A DNA stretch of 64,000 nucleotides from Acidimicrobiia bacterium (GTDB taxonomy: Bacteria; Actinomycetota; Acidimicrobiia; Acidimicrobiales; Bin134), in NCBI GenBank assembly GCA_009843865.1, contig VYCQ01000002.1, positions 15,315-79,314 on the forward strand, in the 5' to 3' direction. Positions 8,370-22,500 of the stretch are shown here, piece by piece. The translations under genes were made by a program, and so were the position numbers. The first letter of the stretch is position 1. The number at the start of each line of letters is the position of its first letter. The notes under the pieces were generated by a model, which saw nothing but the letters and a program-made list of their open reading frames with translations, made no database searches and was not told the DNA's origin.

Positions 8370-9860
8370 ATGACCGCCACACTGCCTAACTACGAAACCA
8401 ACCCGCAGCCAAGCCTGCCGCCCAACATGAAGTTGTCGCCGATTGCATGGGCACGCAAAAACCTCTTCAATAATTGGTACAACAGCCTTGTCACCATCAT
8501 CGTCGTTGTTGTCGGAGCGATCTTGGTCTTCTATAGCGGGCGGTACATATTCGTCACCGGCCAGTGGGAGGCGGTGCGCAAGAACCTCACACTGCTCATG
8601 GTGGGTATCTTTCCTCGCAACGAACAATGGCGACTGGTTGTTCAGATGTATTTGATGGCCTCAGCATTAGGGTTGGCCTGGGGCACAGCCACCGCTCGAA
8701 GCCAAGACCGAGCCGCAGAAACCGGCATCGCTGCCCACCGACCCACCCCCCTTGATCTGATGCGCCGCTACTGGACAATTCTCTTGTTGCTCGTGGTCAT
8801 CTTGGCCTTAACTCAAACCATTTGGCCAACGTTGTTCACTCTTTCAACCCTAGCAGTGGGCCTCGGAGTGCGGTCAGCAGCTATGCGTCTGCCCCTCTCG
8901 GCACGACAACCATGCTGGTATGCATCCGCATTCATGGCGATCTTGTCTTTTCAGGTGGTTTCGGGCACTGATGGGAACGCATGGTGGTGGACCAGCGCCC
9001 TGGTATCGCTCGCCGCCTTCCATCTCGCTGGCACAAAGGATTTCACCAAATACTTAGATTCGGAGATCATTAGACCTTTCTCCCGCCACAAACGACTGGC
9101 TACTGCTAAAGACCTGATCAGGTTCAAACAGCTGACCCAGATTGTGTCCGTGATCGCAGCCGTTATCGTGGTGCGCATCGCCTACTGGCTAATTGGCGAG
9201 ACCTCTCAAGTGAGCTGGGATAACTGGTCAGGATTATACCTCACCTTGGTTGCATCCATAGCCGCCATCACGCTGTCGTTCCCGCTGGCTCTGCTGTTGG
9301 CCGTGGGCCGGCGCTCCTCACTACCGGTGGTGCGCTGGCTCTGCGTAAGCTATATCGAGTTGTTCCGAGGAGTGCCGTTCATCGCTCTGCTTTTCGTAGC
9401 CAAAATCTTTATCGACTTCTTCCTTGATGTTGAGACCCCCTTATCACTCATGACTCGAACCATTATCGCCTTCACTATTTTCAGTTCAGCCTATGTTGCC
9501 GAAGTGGTTCGCGGTGGCCTGCAAGCTGTGCCCAAAGGACAGATCGAAGCAGGGCAAGCTCTAGGGCTTCAGCCGCCTGGCATCATGCGCCTCATCGTCC
9601 TCCCCCAAGCCTTAAGCGCGGTCATACCAGCTATGGTCGGTCAGTTCATCAGCCTTTTTAAGGACAGCTCATTGTTCGCCATCATCAGCGTGGTGGAGTT
9701 TTATCGGGCACGCGAGCTGATCCACTCTCAACAGGAGTTCACAACCACCGCCATATCCGAAACCCTGGTCTTTGTGGCCTTCGCCTACTGGGCCCTCAGC
9801 TACACCATGTCCAAAGAAAGTCAGCGCCTTGAGCGCCATCTCGGAGTCGGAGAACGATGA
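8370..9860 (+). CDS. aapM: Amino-acid ABC transporter permease (AapM-like)
   Basis: [32 protein letters not shown] and LIVLPQAL are His/Glu/Gln/Arg-type permease motifs. Multiple TM helices. Confidence 0.85.
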   Translation: MTATLPNYETNPQPSLPPNMKLSPIAWARKNLFNNWYNSLVTIIVVVVGAILVFYSGRYIFVTGQWEAVRKNLTLLMVGIFPRNEQWRLVVQMYLMASALGLAWGTATARSQDRAAETGIAAHRPTPLDLMRRYWTILLLLVVILALTQTIWPTLFTLSTLAVGLGVRSAAMRLPLSARQPCWYASAFMAILSFQVVSGTDGNAWWWTSALVSLAAFHLAGTKDFTKYLDSEIIRPFSRHKRLATAKDLIRFKQLTQIVSVIAAVIVVRIAYWLIGETSQVSWDNWSGLYLTLVASIAAITLSFPLALLLAVGRRSSLPVVRWLCVSYIELFRGVPFIALLFVAKIFIDFFLDVETPLSLMTRTIIAFTIFSSAYVAEVVRGGLQAVPKGQIEAGQALGLQPPGIMRLIVLPQALSAVIPAMVGQFISLFKDSSLFAIISVVEFYRARELIHSQQEFTTTAISETLVFVAFAYWALSYTMSKESQRLERHLGVGER

Positions 9861-10657
9861 CAGACACAACTACAATCAACCCCTCACTCGCCAATGTCAA
9901 CCGTGATGCCACCGAGATCGGCGGACGAGAGATCATGGTCGAGATGGTCGGCGTGAACAAGTTCTTCGGGACATTCCATGCCCTCAACAGCATCGACATG
10001 AAGGTAGGCTCGGGAGAGGTGGTGGTGGTCATCGGGCCATCAGGTTCGGGCAAGTCCACCCTCATCCGCTGCATCAACCGCCTAGAACACCACGACCGAG
10101 GCCGCATCGTGGTGGACGGCATTGAGCTAACGGAAGATGTGCGTAACATCGCCCTCATCCGCCGTGAAACTGGCATGGTGTTTCAGCAGTTCAACTTGTT
10201 CCCCCACCTCACCGTGATCGACAACATCACCTTAGGGCCTCGACAAGTACTGAAGATGCCCAAAAAACAGGCAGAAGATCGAGCCATGGAGCTCTTGGAA
10301 CGAGTCAAAATACCTGAGCAAGCCCGCAAATTCCCCGGTCAGCTCTCAGGTGGACAGCAGCAGCGGGTAGCCATCGCCCGCTCACTGGCCATGCAGCCCA
10401 AGATCATGCTATTCGATGAGCCCACCTCAGCATTAGACCCTGAAATGATCTCTGAAGTACTCAACGTAATCTTAGAGCTAGCAAAAACAGGCATAACCCT
10501 GATCGTGGTCACCCACGAAATGGGCTTCGCCCGAGAAGCCGCCGATCGGGTCATCTTCATGGCCGATGGCGAAATCGTCGAAGTCGGCGAACCCGAACAT
10601 TTCTTCACCAACCCCCAAGAAGAGCGCACCCAGCTCTTCTTATCCCAAATTCTCTAA
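9857..10657 (+). CDS. aapP: Amino-acid ABC transporter ATP-binding protein
   Basis: Walker [10 protein letters not shown], signature [13 protein letters not shown], Walker [12 protein letters not shown] and H-loop VTHEM. 4-nt overlap with the permease. Confidence 0.95.
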   Translation: MTDTTTINPSLANVNRDATEIGGREIMVEMVGVNKFFGTFHALNSIDMKVGSGEVVVVIGPSGSGKSTLIRCINRLEHHDRGRIVVDGIELTEDVRNIALIRRETGMVFQQFNLFPHLTVIDNITLGPRQVLKMPKKQAEDRAMELLERVKIPEQARKFPGQLSGGQQQRVAIARSLAMQPKIMLFDEPTSALDPEMISEVLNVILELAKTGITLIVVTHEMGFAREAADRVIFMADGEIVEVGEPEHFFTNPQEERTQLFLSQIL

Positions 10658-10708
10658 GCGGGCCTACCCACTAAAAACACCAAATAGCCTGCTTAACTAT
10701 CAAAAGGC

Positions 10709-11692
10709 TTAGCTATCAAAAACCGCGAGAATTTGTTCAGCTGCGGCGGCAGGAGGGGTTTGACCAACAGCTACTTGATGCTCTAGATGAGAGGCGAGTT
10801 TAGATACCTCAACCGATGACTGAAGACGATCGCGCAAACGACCTTCTACCATGGCCCACATCCAACGCACCTGCTGGCTAGCTCTACGATTCGCCAATTC
10901 TCCTGACTTTGTCATCAGCGCGAAATAATCATCCATAAGAGTTACTACTTGTTCCAATCCAGTTTTTTGAATAGCACTCACGGCTACCACCGGCGGCACC
11001 CAGCTTGAATTGACAGGTGCGGTCATGGCTAAAGCTGCTCGGTAATCGCGCTTAGCACGTTGCGCGGCGATCTCGTTTCCACCATCAGACTTATTCACCA
11101 CCAGCGCATCGGCTAACTCCAAGACCCCCTTCTTGATGCCTTGAAGTTCATCGCCCGCCCCAGGCAGCATCAACACCAAAAAGAAGTCTACCATGTCAGC
11201 CACCGCGGTTTCCGACTGACCCACGCCCACCGTCTCGACCAAGACCACATCAAATCCTGCGGCTTCCACAACCGTCATGGTTTCTCTGGTGGTACGGGTG
11301 ACCCCACCCAAAGAACCGGAAGAGGGAGAAGGACGAATATAGGCAGCATCATGAATGGCCAGGTTGGGCATCCTGGTTTTGTCACCCAAGATGCTGCCTC
11401 CCGATATCGATGAAGAAGGATCCACGGCCAGTACCGCCACTCGATGGCCTTGTGCGATCAAGTACGTGCCCAAAGCGTCAATAAAGGTTGATTTACCGAC
11501 TCCCGGAACCCCAGTAATACCTACGCGCCTAGCACCACCGCTATGAGGCAGCAGCCGCTGCAAGATTTCTAAGGTGGCTTTGCGATCTTGATCGCGGGTG
11601 CTCTCCACCAAGGTAACAGCTCGACCTAACCAAGTGCGATCAGCTGCCAGCACACCCTCAACACATTCGTCAAATAAAATCGCTGGCATCAA
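10709..11692 (-). CDS. meaB: Methylmalonyl-CoA mutase-associated G-protein chaperone MeaB/ArgK
   Basis: GVPGVGKSTF P-loop, VLAVDPSS, LVETVGVGQSE and VVNKSD. Located directly downstream of mutB. Confidence 0.95.
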   Translation of the reverse strand: MMPAILFDECVEGVLAADRTWLGRAVTLVESTRDQDRKATLEILQRLLPHSGGARRVGITGVPGVGKSTFIDALGTYLIAQGHRVAVLAVDPSSSISGGSILGDKTRMPNLAIHDAAYIRPSPSSGSLGGVTRTTRETMTVVEAAGFDVVLVETVGVGQSETAVADMVDFFLVLMLPGAGDELQGIKKGVLELADALVVNKSDGGNEIAAQRAKRDYRAALAMTAPVNSSWVPPVVAVSAIQKTGLEQVVTLMDDYFALMTKSGELANRRASQQVRWMWAMVEGRLRDRLQSSVEVSKLASHLEHQVAVGQTPPAAAAEQILAVFDS

Positions 11693-11709
11693 ACAGAACT
11701 ACTGAGCGA

Positions 11710-14004
11710 TCACTGAACGCCCTGAGCTGAGCTGCGATTGTCCAAAGCCTCTAACAACTCTAAAGCAGCTTCCGCTATCACCGTGCCCGGGCCAAAAATA
11801 GCCTCCGCACCAGCGGCACGCAGCTCCTCATAATCGCTAGGCGGTATTACCCCACCCACTATGATCATAATGTCACCCCGACCCAAAGCCTCTAGCTCCC
11901 CTTTCAGCTCAGGCACCAAGGTAAGATGCCCCGCGGCTAGCGAAGAGGCACCCACTATGTGTACATCGGCCTCTACTGCTTGACGAGCCACCTCAGCTGG
12001 GGTTTGAAAAAGAGGGCCCACATCCACATCAAAGCCAATGTCGGCAAAAGCTGTGGCAATCACCTTTTGTCCACGATCGTGACCGTCTTGACCCATCTTG
12101 GCTACCAAGATGCGGGGGCGACGTCCAATGCGAGCCGCAAAACCTGCCGCTGCCTCCCGCACCGCGAAAGTGCCGCTACCGTTGGTGTTGGTTTGTGTCA
12201 TTTCAGATTGGTACACCCCTGAAATTATGCGGATCTGCGGCGCATGTCGACCATACACTTTTTCAAGAGCATCGCTAATCTCACCGACGGTAGCTCGCGC
12301 CCGAGCCGCGTTTACCGCTAAAGCCAACAGATTAGAATCTTGGCTTCCACCCGAACAATCGGCACCCGCTGTAAGCGCATCTAATGCTTGACGGCAGACA
12401 GCACTATCCCTCTCAGCGCGCAGCTGCTCTAGTCGAGCAATCTGAGAAGACCGTACCTCGGCATTGTCCACCTTCAACACCTCAATGTCCTCTTTGCCCT
12501 CCACCTGATAGCGGTTCACCCCCACCACCGTCTGAGCACCAGAGTCAATACGAGCCTGAGCGCGGGCTGCGGCCTCTTCAATACGCATTTTAGGAATTCC
12601 CGCTTCAATAGCCTCGGCCATACCGCCCGCAGCCTCTACCTCGCTGATGTGCTCCCACGCCCGCTGAGCCAGATCGTGGGTAAGGCGCTCCACATAATAC
12701 GAACCGCCCCAGGGATCCACCACCCGGCAAGTGCCCGACTCATGCTGCAATAGAAGCTGGGTATTGCGAGCAATCCGTGCCGAAAAATCAGTGGGCAAGG
12801 CTAGGGCCTCATCCAGTGCATTGGTGTGCAATGACTGGGTATGCCCCTGAGTGGCAGCCATAGCTTCAATGGTGGTGCGAACCACGTTGTTGAAGACATC
12901 TTGGGCGGTTAGGCTCCATCCCGAGGTTTGACTATGGGTGCGAAGCGACAGCGACCGGGGATTAGACGGATTGAACTGATGCATCAGCTTGGCCCACAGC
13001 AAGCGGGCGGCTCGCAACTTGGCTACCTCCATGAAAAAGTTCATGCCGATACACCAAAAAAAGCTAAGACGGGGAGCAAAAGCATCAATGTCTAACCCTG
13101 AATCCAAGCCAGCTCGCACATATTCCACCCCATCGGCCAGGGTGTAGGCCAACTCTAAATCAAGGGTGGCCCCAGCCTCTTGCATGTGATAGCCGGAGAT
13201 AGAAATAGAGTTAAACTTGGGCATATTTGCTGAGGTGTAAGCGAAGATATCGGAGATAATCCGCATTGACGGTGCTGGCGGATAGATGAAGGTATTGCGA
13301 ACCATAAACTCTTTGAGGATGTCGTTTTGGATGGTCCCAACCAACTTCTCAGGTGCTACCCCCTGTTCTTCACCAGCCACGATATACATGGCCAAAATAG
13401 GCAGCACCGCTCCGTTCATGGTCATTGAAACGCTCATCTGATCTAAGGGAATACCGTCAAACAAAATCTGCATATCTAAAATAGAATCAATAGCCACACC
13501 CGCCATGCCCACATCACCGCTCACCCGCGAATTATCGGAGTCGTAGCCTCGATGGGTGGCTAGATCAAAAGCCACCGACAAACCCTTTTGACCTGAGGCC
13601 AGATTGCGCCGATAAAAGGCATTGGAATCTTCAGCAGTAGAGAACCCCGCGTACTGCCGAATAGTCCAGGGCCGAATGGCGTACATGGTGGCATAAGGGC
13701 CGCGAAGATAGGGCGCAATGCCAGGATAAGTGTCGCAGAAATCTAGGGGTGCCCGATCCTCAGCGGTATAAAGTCGACGCACACCAAAACCCTCAGGAGT
13801 GCTCCAGGTGAGCTGCTCAGGGCCTGCACCGGTTTGTGCCATCACCTGTTCAACCCACTCGCCCTGGCTAGCAATATTACTAACGGCACAATCAACAGCA
13901 TTATCAGCATAATCGATTCCGCTGATGCTGTTGTCTGCGAACAGATTGTCTGCGAACAAGTTGATATCAGAAAAATTCGGAATGGCAGAATCAGAAACAC
14001 TCAT
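11710..14004 (-). CDS. mutB: Methylmalonyl-CoA mutase large (alpha, catalytic) subunit
   Basis: [24 protein letters not shown] and [10 protein letters not shown], plus the C-terminal B12-binding GQDGHDRG motif. Confidence 0.97.
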   Translation of the reverse strand: MSVSDSAIPNFSDINLFADNLFADNSISGIDYADNAVDCAVSNIASQGEWVEQVMAQTGAGPEQLTWSTPEGFGVRRLYTAEDRAPLDFCDTYPGIAPYLRGPYATMYAIRPWTIRQYAGFSTAEDSNAFYRRNLASGQKGLSVAFDLATHRGYDSDNSRVSGDVGMAGVAIDSILDMQILFDGIPLDQMSVSMTMNGAVLPILAMYIVAGEEQGVAPEKLVGTIQNDILKEFMVRNTFIYPPAPSMRIISDIFAYTSANMPKFNSISISGYHMQEAGATLDLELAYTLADGVEYVRAGLDSGLDIDAFAPRLSFFWCIGMNFFMEVAKLRAARLLWAKLMHQFNPSNPRSLSLRTHSQTSGWSLTAQDVFNNVVRTTIEAMAATQGHTQSLHTNALDEALALPTDFSARIARNTQLLLQHESGTCRVVDPWGGSYYVERLTHDLAQRAWEHISEVEAAGGMAEAIEAGIPKMRIEEAAARAQARIDSGAQTVVGVNRYQVEGKEDIEVLKVDNAEVRSSQIARLEQLRAERDSAVCRQALDALTAGADCSGGSQDSNLLALAVNAARARATVGEISDALEKVYGRHAPQIRIISGVYQSEMTQTNTNGSGTFAVREAAAGFAARIGRRPRILVAKMGQDGHDRGQKVIATAFADIGFDVDVGPLFQTPAEVARQAVEADVHIVGASSLAAGHLTLVPELKGELEALGRGDIMIIVGGVIPPSDYEELRAAGAEAIFGPGTVIAEAALELLEALDNRSSAQGVQ

Positions 14005-14016
14005 AAGCCCAGCCTT

Positions 14017-15774
14017 TTAGCTCAATCTTTTATGTATGTCTTGTAAAACAGCCAGCACATCGCAACCCAAGTAAATGTAACCATCGGCACCCCAGCGATC
14101 ATCAGGTCGCCCTGCTAACAGCACATGGCGACATCCGGCAGCTTTAAGAGCACTCACCGTAGTAGCTGCATGATCCTGATACATCGCATCAGAAGCACAC
14201 ACCACAGCAAGGGACGAACCCGAATCAGCCCAAGCTTGAGCTGCTAGTTCTGCGCTGGCAAACCCTTCAGAAGCCATCACCCCAATACCACCCGCGGCCA
14301 AGAAATTGGTCGCAAACGTAGAGCGAACATTATGAACGGCTAAGGGTCCCAGGCTGGCCAAAAAAACTTGCGGCCGCTGACCTGTGGCATTAGTTGACTC
14401 ATCGGCAGCATCACGCAATGCTTCAAAGCAGGCAGCTAGGCGGTGATGACTGACCTGCGGAAGCTGCGAGGTTGCAGCTTGAGAACTTACTTGCGAACCT
14501 TGTTCTGCCCAGGGCAAGCGCGTAAGGGTTTCCTCAGCCAAATCGGGAAACTCGCTAATCCCAGTTAGGGGCAGCTTACGGGTGGCGATGTCTTTAGCAC
14601 GGGCAGAACGAGCGAGAGTAATGCGCTCATCCAAGCTGGCACCCGCTGATATTTCTTGGAACAACCCCCACGCAACGGTGACCAAGGCATCGGTTAGCGA
14701 TTCCACATAATAAGAACCTCCCGCAGGGTCGATCACTTGACCAATATGCGACTCTTCGCGTAACAAGAGCTGGGTGTTACGAGCGATCCTCAACCCCAGC
14801 GGATCAGGCACGCCAATGGCTGCATCGAAAGGACTGACAGAAACAGAATTGGCACCGCCTACTGCCGCAGCAAAGCATGCAACCGTGGTGCGGATCATGT
14901 TTACCCACGGATCTCGACGAGTCATGATCGTCCCTGCGGTCACCACATGCTGACGCTGGGCAACCGGACCAAGGCCGCAAGCCTGCGCCACCCTTGCCCA
15001 CAGCCGCCGTGCCGCACGCAACTTGGCGATAGTCAAAAACTGATCTACCCCGGCAGTATAGCGAAACTCAAGCTTACCTGCTGCTACTGCTAGATCCACG
15101 TCAGCTTGCTCGCAGTGACGCAAGTAAGCGACTCCATCAGCCAGCGAGCCTGCTAGCTCCTGAGCTTCAGTTGCACCTTGATCGGCCAAAGCCGCAGCGT
15201 TCACCGTCGCCACCAACAAACTCTCACAACCTAAGCTCAAGGTCTTGGTTACCACCTCGCCCACCTGTGGGTCTCGAGGATTCATCCCAAATCCCCCTGC
15301 TGTGTCTTCTTTGGGTACTCCCCAGCTTTCCCAAAGCTCACACAGGGGCGAAATGGCAACTTCACTGCCAGGGGCTAGCATGATGGGCACCGTCACAGGC
15401 ACCCCGATTAGAAGCTCCTGCAATTCTGCTAAACTTGTTTCGTCGTAAATGTGCAGCTCAATGGCATCGACACCCCCAGCTAAATCTTCTAATACTGCAC
15501 TGTTGCCGGTAGCACGACTATGGGCTTGGCGTACTTGCCAAACTCCCCCTACAGCATCGCTGCCGCGAGTAAAAGGAAACTGCCCCGGCAAGCTGTCATC
15601 ACCAGCATGATCTGCACCCGTATAAAGGGGTTGAATTTGGATGCCATCATAGGTGGTATGGGTGAGCGCTTTGTCGAAATGCGCCCCTTTGAGCACCTTG
15701 GTAACCAGATCCATCCACTGCTCACGCCCAACGAGGTCGAAATCCCCAGCTAAGCTCATCACCTTCACGCTCAC
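14017..15774 (-). CDS. mutA: Methylmalonyl-CoA mutase small (beta) subunit
   Basis: MCM-like fold ([32 protein letters not shown]) but without the DxHxxG cobalamin ligand. Sits immediately upstream of mutB. Confidence 0.9.
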   Translation of the reverse strand: MSVKVMSLAGDFDLVGREQWMDLVTKVLKGAHFDKALTHTTYDGIQIQPLYTGADHAGDDSLPGQFPFTRGSDAVGGVWQVRQAHSRATGNSAVLEDLAGGVDAIELHIYDETSLAELQELLIGVPVTVPIMLAPGSEVAISPLCELWESWGVPKEDTAGGFGMNPRDPQVGEVVTKTLSLGCESLLVATVNAAALADQGATEAQELAGSLADGVAYLRHCEQADVDLAVAAGKLEFRYTAGVDQFLTIAKLRAARRLWARVAQACGLGPVAQRQHVVTAGTIMTRRDPWVNMIRTTVACFAAAVGGANSVSVSPFDAAIGVPDPLGLRIARNTQLLLREESHIGQVIDPAGGSYYVESLTDALVTVAWGLFQEISAGASLDERITLARSARAKDIATRKLPLTGISEFPDLAEETLTRLPWAEQGSQVSSQAATSQLPQVSHHRLAACFEALRDAADESTNATGQRPQVFLASLGPLAVHNVRSTFATNFLAAGGIGVMASEGFASAELAAQAWADSGSSLAVVCASDAMYQDHAATTVSALKAAGCRHVLLAGRPDDRWGADGYIYLGCDVLAVLQDIHKRLS

Positions 15775-15800
15775 CTCCTGTAATCTATTGAGTCTATTGG

Positions 15801-16466
15801 CTACACCAAATCCAGCAGATGGCCCAAACGCTGCTGTTTAGCGCGCAAGTAAGCCAAGTTCTCTGGACGAGGAGATATCTCCAAAGACACACGGCGGGTG
15901 ACTGTTAAACCAAAAGCAGCCAGTGCATCATATTTAGCAGGGTTATTGGTCATCAACGCCACCCGCTCTACTCCCAACTCCATCAAAATAGCTGCACCGA
16001 TGCCGTAATTACGCGCATCTACTGGCAACCCTAGCTCTAAGTTGGCATCCACCGTGTCACGGCCATGGTCTTGCAACGCATAAGCCTGCACCTTGTGCCC
16101 TATGCCAATGCCTCGGCCTTCATGTCCCCGCAAATACACCAGTAGCCCCGTGCCATTAGCAGCTATAGCGTCCAAGGCTGCGTGAAGCTGTGCTCCGCAA
16201 TCGCAACGCCAAGAGCCAAACACATCTCCGGTTAAACACTCACTATGAACCCGCACCAACACCTCAGCGGCACCCACTAGCTCGCCCATCACAAACACCA
16301 CATGCTCTTGCAAGTTTTGCGTGCCCGATTCTTGGCCAAGCACGCTCATGGCATCTTGAGTCTCGCTGGATTCAAAAGCGTGACAGATGAAACGTCCCCA
16401 CCTAGTGGGGACTTGACTGGTAGCAATCAAACGTATCTCAGGCAGGCTCAACATCGCTATACCCAA
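15801..16466 (-). CDS. ribA: GTP cyclohydrolase II
   Basis: VRVHSECLTGDVFGSWRCDCGAQL zinc site, YLRGHEGRGIGIGHK and DTVDANLELG. Confidence 0.92.
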   Translation of the reverse strand: MGIAMLSLPEIRLIATSQVPTRWGRFICHAFESSETQDAMSVLGQESGTQNLQEHVVFVMGELVGAAEVLVRVHSECLTGDVFGSWRCDCGAQLHAALDAIAANGTGLLVYLRGHEGRGIGIGHKVQAYALQDHGRDTVDANLELGLPVDARNYGIGAAILMELGVERVALMTNNPAKYDALAAFGLTVTRRVSLEISPRPENLAYLRAKQQRLGHLLDLV

Positions 16467-16482
16467 GACACGACACTAGGAA

Positions 16483-16823
16483 CTACTGGCTCAAAGACCA
16501 TACCAACGCATTAAAAGGCCACAAATCGGGCACCTGAACCGGCTCGGGTACCTGCGGCAAGATGGCGTAGGCCTCCTCTCCAGGAAAAACCAAATTATAT
16601 TCTGAGCGAGCTAAACGCTCAATCTCTACCGGATCTGACAAGACCTCAATACGTGAACGTAACTGTTCGTTCTCTAAATAAAGAGTTGCAAGCTCGGCTT
16701 GAGCCGCAGCCATGGCCGAACGCTGCTCCATGTATGTGCCGATGGGAAACACAGCATAAAACGATGCCAACAAAATCACCAACACAACCACCAAAGGAAT
16801 CAAGCCACGACGCAACGCTGCCA

Positions 16824-16824
<1 letters not shown>
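16483..16824 (-). CDS. ftsB: Septum formation initiator FtsB/DivIC-family protein
   Basis: 113 aa with a single N-terminal TM helix followed by a coiled coil. YNLVFPGEEAY tail. Canonical position after eno. The GTG start shares one base with the eno stop. Confidence 0.8.
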
Positions 16825-18185
<1,361 letters not shown>

Positions 18186-18245
18186 CTAGTGATGCAAAAA
18201 TAGACGAAAAAAGTCGGCTTGCCTAGAGGTACAGCCAAATTACAA

Positions 18246-19583
18246 TCAAGAAATTTCGCATCTGCGAATTTGCTCACCAACGCTGTTGGCAAAAACTCGC
18301 AGCTCTGATTCAGCATCTAGACCTTGGGCTTGAGCTGCCAGTACCGCGTCATACAAACGACCTGCAATGGTTGCAGTATCTACATTTGGCTCAAGACCAA
18401 CCGAGCGAGCTTTGTGAATAACCTTATCGGCGAACAACAAGGCAGGCAGTCCTACAGGTATGCCTTCCATCACCGATGCTCGGCCTTTTTGCTGACGCTT
18501 TAAAGCTTCCCAATCCACGCCTGCTTGAACCCCTCTAACATCATGTGATCCGACTTCGGTAGCAGAACCAAAGATGTGCGGGTGGCGAGCCATCAACTTG
18601 TCGTGAATGCCTTGAACTACGTCAGCCATGCTAAATTGTCCAGCTTCTGCCGCCAACAACGCATGAAACACAATTTGATAGAGCAGATCACCTAGTTCCT
18701 CTTCTAGGTCTTCATAACCAGACAAAGTTTCAGGATTCACGGCATCCAAAGCCTCAAGCACCTCGTAGGTTTCCTCTAATAGGTGTCCTCGTAACGACTG
18801 ATGAGTCTGCTCACGATCCCAAGGACATTGCTCACGCAAGACCACAGCCAACTCGGCAAACCGAGCCATCTCCTGAGCCATGGGAGCAGCCAACGCTGGC
18901 ACATACAAACTAGTGAGGTGATCGGGCGTAACAACTCGGTCAAGATCCTCACAATCCACCTCTAACACCTGCTCATCGGCCAGCCCTAGCCGCTGCAACA
19001 CAACTAACTTCTGATTAGCTTGTGAGCTTTTTTCTGTATCAGTGAAACGTTGTTGACATGCCAACAACGCCAGCTTCACCTCGCTCAAAACCACAGCATT
19101 GTCGCATTGCACCACCAAAAGCGGTCCCCGCTCTCCAGCGGCCTCAGTGCTGAACCTGTATCCATCCACCAACCGAACTCCTGCGGCCAGAGGATCAATG
19201 CCCAGACGCTCCCAAGCCAATTCCCAAAAGGACAACCCAGCCAAAACCTCTAATTCCAAATCTCCCTGTGCCAAACCTGCCTGTACTCGCAGCAACTCCA
19301 CAGTGCGCTCAGCTACCAGCGGCGAACCCGGAACGGCATAAAGCACCTCTTCGTCCTCGCTAGCGGCCAACAAACGCTCAACGATGGTGTGATAGACCTC
19401 CTCCAACGAAGCGGCCTGTTCGTAAACATGATCAAACGACTCAAAAGGCGCTACAGCTTCAGCAGCCAAATGGCGATTGGTACGTACAAAACGACGAGAC
19501 GTTCGCCTAATTGCTGAGCGCACCTGCTCAGTCAGCAGTTCAGGACCCGCTGGCCCTAAGCCAACCACGATCACCCTTCTCAT
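18246..19583 (-). CDS. mazG: MazG nucleoside-triphosphate pyrophosphohydrolase fused to an N-terminal tetrapyrrole-methylase-like domain (YabN-type)
   Basis: N-terminal VIVVGLGPAG..VPGSPLVAE methylase-like fold. C-terminal CPWDREQTHQSL..EETYEVLEA..EELGDLL MazG EExxE motifs. 4-nt overlap with mfd. Confidence 0.85.
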   Translation of the reverse strand: MRRVIVVGLGPAGPELLTEQVRSAIRRTSRRFVRTNRHLAAEAVAPFESFDHVYEQAASLEEVYHTIVERLLAASEDEEVLYAVPGSPLVAERTVELLRVQAGLAQGDLELEVLAGLSFWELAWERLGIDPLAAGVRLVDGYRFSTEAAGERGPLLVVQCDNAVVLSEVKLALLACQQRFTDTEKSSQANQKLVVLQRLGLADEQVLEVDCEDLDRVVTPDHLTSLYVPALAAPMAQEMARFAELAVVLREQCPWDREQTHQSLRGHLLEETYEVLEALDAVNPETLSGYEDLEEELGDLLYQIVFHALLAAEAGQFSMADVVQGIHDKLMARHPHIFGSATEVGSHDVRGVQAGVDWEALKRQQKGRASVMEGIPVGLPALLFADKVIHKARSVGLEPNVDTATIAGRLYDAVLAAQAQGLDAESELRVFANSVGEQIRRCEIS

Positions 19584-22500
19584 GATGCCGCGGTGGTAAG
19601 ACTTTGATCTTCAGGAACCAAGTCCTTCAGCACAGCTATCAACGCCTCAGCTGCTTTGGGAGCCGATTCCACCGGTAACCGCAACAAGCCTGAACCCTCA
19701 TGGTAGGAAGCCTGCGGATACAACCTCTCTAAGCGCACCCGACGGCTAGCAAGGAGCTGTACAGGCCCTAGCCGAGCCAACCATTTAGGACCCCCTACCC
19801 CGGGTGCCTTGCTCATGGTTACCTCACGCACCCCAGTACGCATGCATTCACACCGCAAACGTGCCCCTTCCAACAACGCTTGAGCCAATGCTGGAACAGG
19901 CCCATACCGATCAACCCATTCACTAGCCACATCATCCACTTCGGTGGGCTGCTCACAGCTAGCCACTCGTCGATAAGCCTCCAAACGCAGCTCTTCGGTG
20001 GGCATATACTCAGCGGGTATACCAGCAGGCACGGGTAGGTCGATGCTTATCTCAATCGGCTCCGGTGGTGTTTCCCCTTGCAACTCTGCAACTGCCTCCG
20101 AAACCATCTGGCAGTATAAGTCATAACCAACAGCAGCGATATGACCCGACTGCCCCGTGCCCAACATGTTGCCCGCCCCCCGAATTTCTAAGTCTCTCAT
20201 GGCGATCTTGAATCCAGAACCTAGTTCTGTGGCCTCACCAATGGTCTTAAGCCGCTCGTAAGCCTCCTCCGTCAAAACCTTGTCTTCAGGGACGAACAAA
20301 TAAGCATAAGCCCTAACCCCGCCACGACCCACCCTGCCACGCAGCTGATGAAGCTGTCCTAACCCCAACATGTCGGCGCGATCAACCACCAGGGTGTTCA
20401 CCGTAGGCATGTCTATGCCCGACTCAATGATGGTAGTACACACCAAAACGTCGTAAGCACGTTCCCAAAAGTCAATCACCACCTGCTCTAGCGTGCCCTC
20501 ATCCATTTGGCCATGTGCCACTGCAACACGAGCCTCCGGCACCATCTCTCGCAGGTCAGCTGCCACATGTTCAATGTCGGCCACCCGATTATGAACAAAA
20601 AACACCTGCCCTTCCCGCAACAACTCACGACGTATAGCCTCTGCCACAGGACGCTCATCGAAGTTACCTACATAAGTCAAGATGGGTTGACGCTCTGCTG
20701 GTGGAGTATGCAATAAAGTAAGGTCACGAATACCGGTAAGGCTCATCTCTAAAGTACGAGGTATTGGTGTAGCGGTCAGAGTGAGCACATCCACATCAGC
20801 CTGAAGCGACTTGATGGCCTCCTTATTGGATACCCCAAACCGCTGCTCTTCGTCCACCACCAACAGACCTAAATGTTTAAAAACAATGTCTTCAGACAAC
20901 AAGCGATGAGTGCCGATCACTAGATCTACCGACCCATCAGCCAACCCCGCCACCACCACTCGGGCTTGGCTAGGAGTGAGGAAGCGGCTAAGCGCCTCCA
21001 CTCGAATGGGATAACCCGCGAAACGCTCACCGAAGGTCTGATAATGCTGCTGAGCCAGTAAGGTGGTGGGTACCAATACGGCTGCTTGAGTGCCATCTTG
21101 GATGGCCTTAAACACTGCGCGAATGGCCACCTCAGTTTTGCCGAAGCCCACATCACCGCAGATAAGCCGATCCATGGGTACAGACCGTTCCATGTCAGCT
21201 TTCACATCAGCAATGGCCTTATGCTGATCTGGGGTGAGCTGATAACCAAAGGTCGACTCCATCTCAACCTGCCAGGGAGTGTCGGGCGAAAAAACCCGAC
21301 CCGAGGTGGTGATCCGGCGACGATAAAGCACCACCAGCTCTTGAGCGATTTCGCTGATCGCAGCACGCACCCCGCTCTTGGTACGCTGCCAATCGGCCCC
21401 GCCCATCTTGGACAAGGGGGGCCTCTCCCCACCTGAATACCTACGAATAGCATCTAATTGATCGGTAGACACATAGAGTTTGTCGCCGCCTCGATATTCC
21501 ACCAACAAATAATCACGACTAACCCCATCAATGGCTCGACTCACCATGCCGTAATATCGGCCCACACCATGATGACGGTGAACAACGTGGTCACCCACAT
21601 TCAAATCACCTAGTTCTCTGGCTGCATTGCTGCGGCGAGAACGCTTGGGGCGATGAGCACGACGACGACCGACTAGATCTGCCTCACCCAACACAGCCAG
21701 CTTGGAGCCTGACAACACAAACCCCCGTTGAATAGGAGCCACCACTACAGAACAGGTAGACAAATCCACTCCATGTTCGCTCAGCACCGCAGCAACCCGA
21801 TTAGCTGAACCTGCGCTGTCGGCAGCCGCCCACACCTTGTATCCCTCCCGTAACAAACGAGACGCTTGCTTTGCGGGTGCATCAGGGTCACCAATAGGCG
21901 ATACCCACCCTCCCGCTACCACCGTGGGAGTGGCAGGCCCAGACGGAGCTGCCGTAAGCGTCCAAACATCTGCTGCACAGTTAGCCAACAAGCGGTCGTA
22001 CTCCACATGCAAACGGGGAAACTCCTCGTCAAAAGCACCCCAGGTTTGCGCTAATACTCCAGCCAGATCAGCCTCTTCCCCAGCAATGTCGCTAGCTCGA
22101 TCCCGCAACCGGGCTGGCTCTAGCAACACCACTAGGGCTTCAGGGCTAAAGTGATCTGCAAGAACCTCGTCGCCATCACACAACCAAGGCAACCACGACT
22201 CCATACCATCGAAGAACTGTCCTTCAGCTAAACGCTCCCATTGCTCACGGCCCCAAGGACGGGCCGCCACCAAATTCTGGGCAGCTTTACGCACATGCGG
22301 GGTGGGACGCACCTCGCGTGCGGGAAAAATCATCACCTGCTCAACAGGGTCTATAGAGCGCTGATCAACCACCGAGAACTCGCAGAGACGATCAGCTTCG
22401 TCACCCCAAAGGTCTATCCGTGTTGGGCGGTCTGCGGTTGAAGCAAACACATCCAAGATAGAACCCCGCACTGCAAACACCCCACGGTGTTCCACTTGCA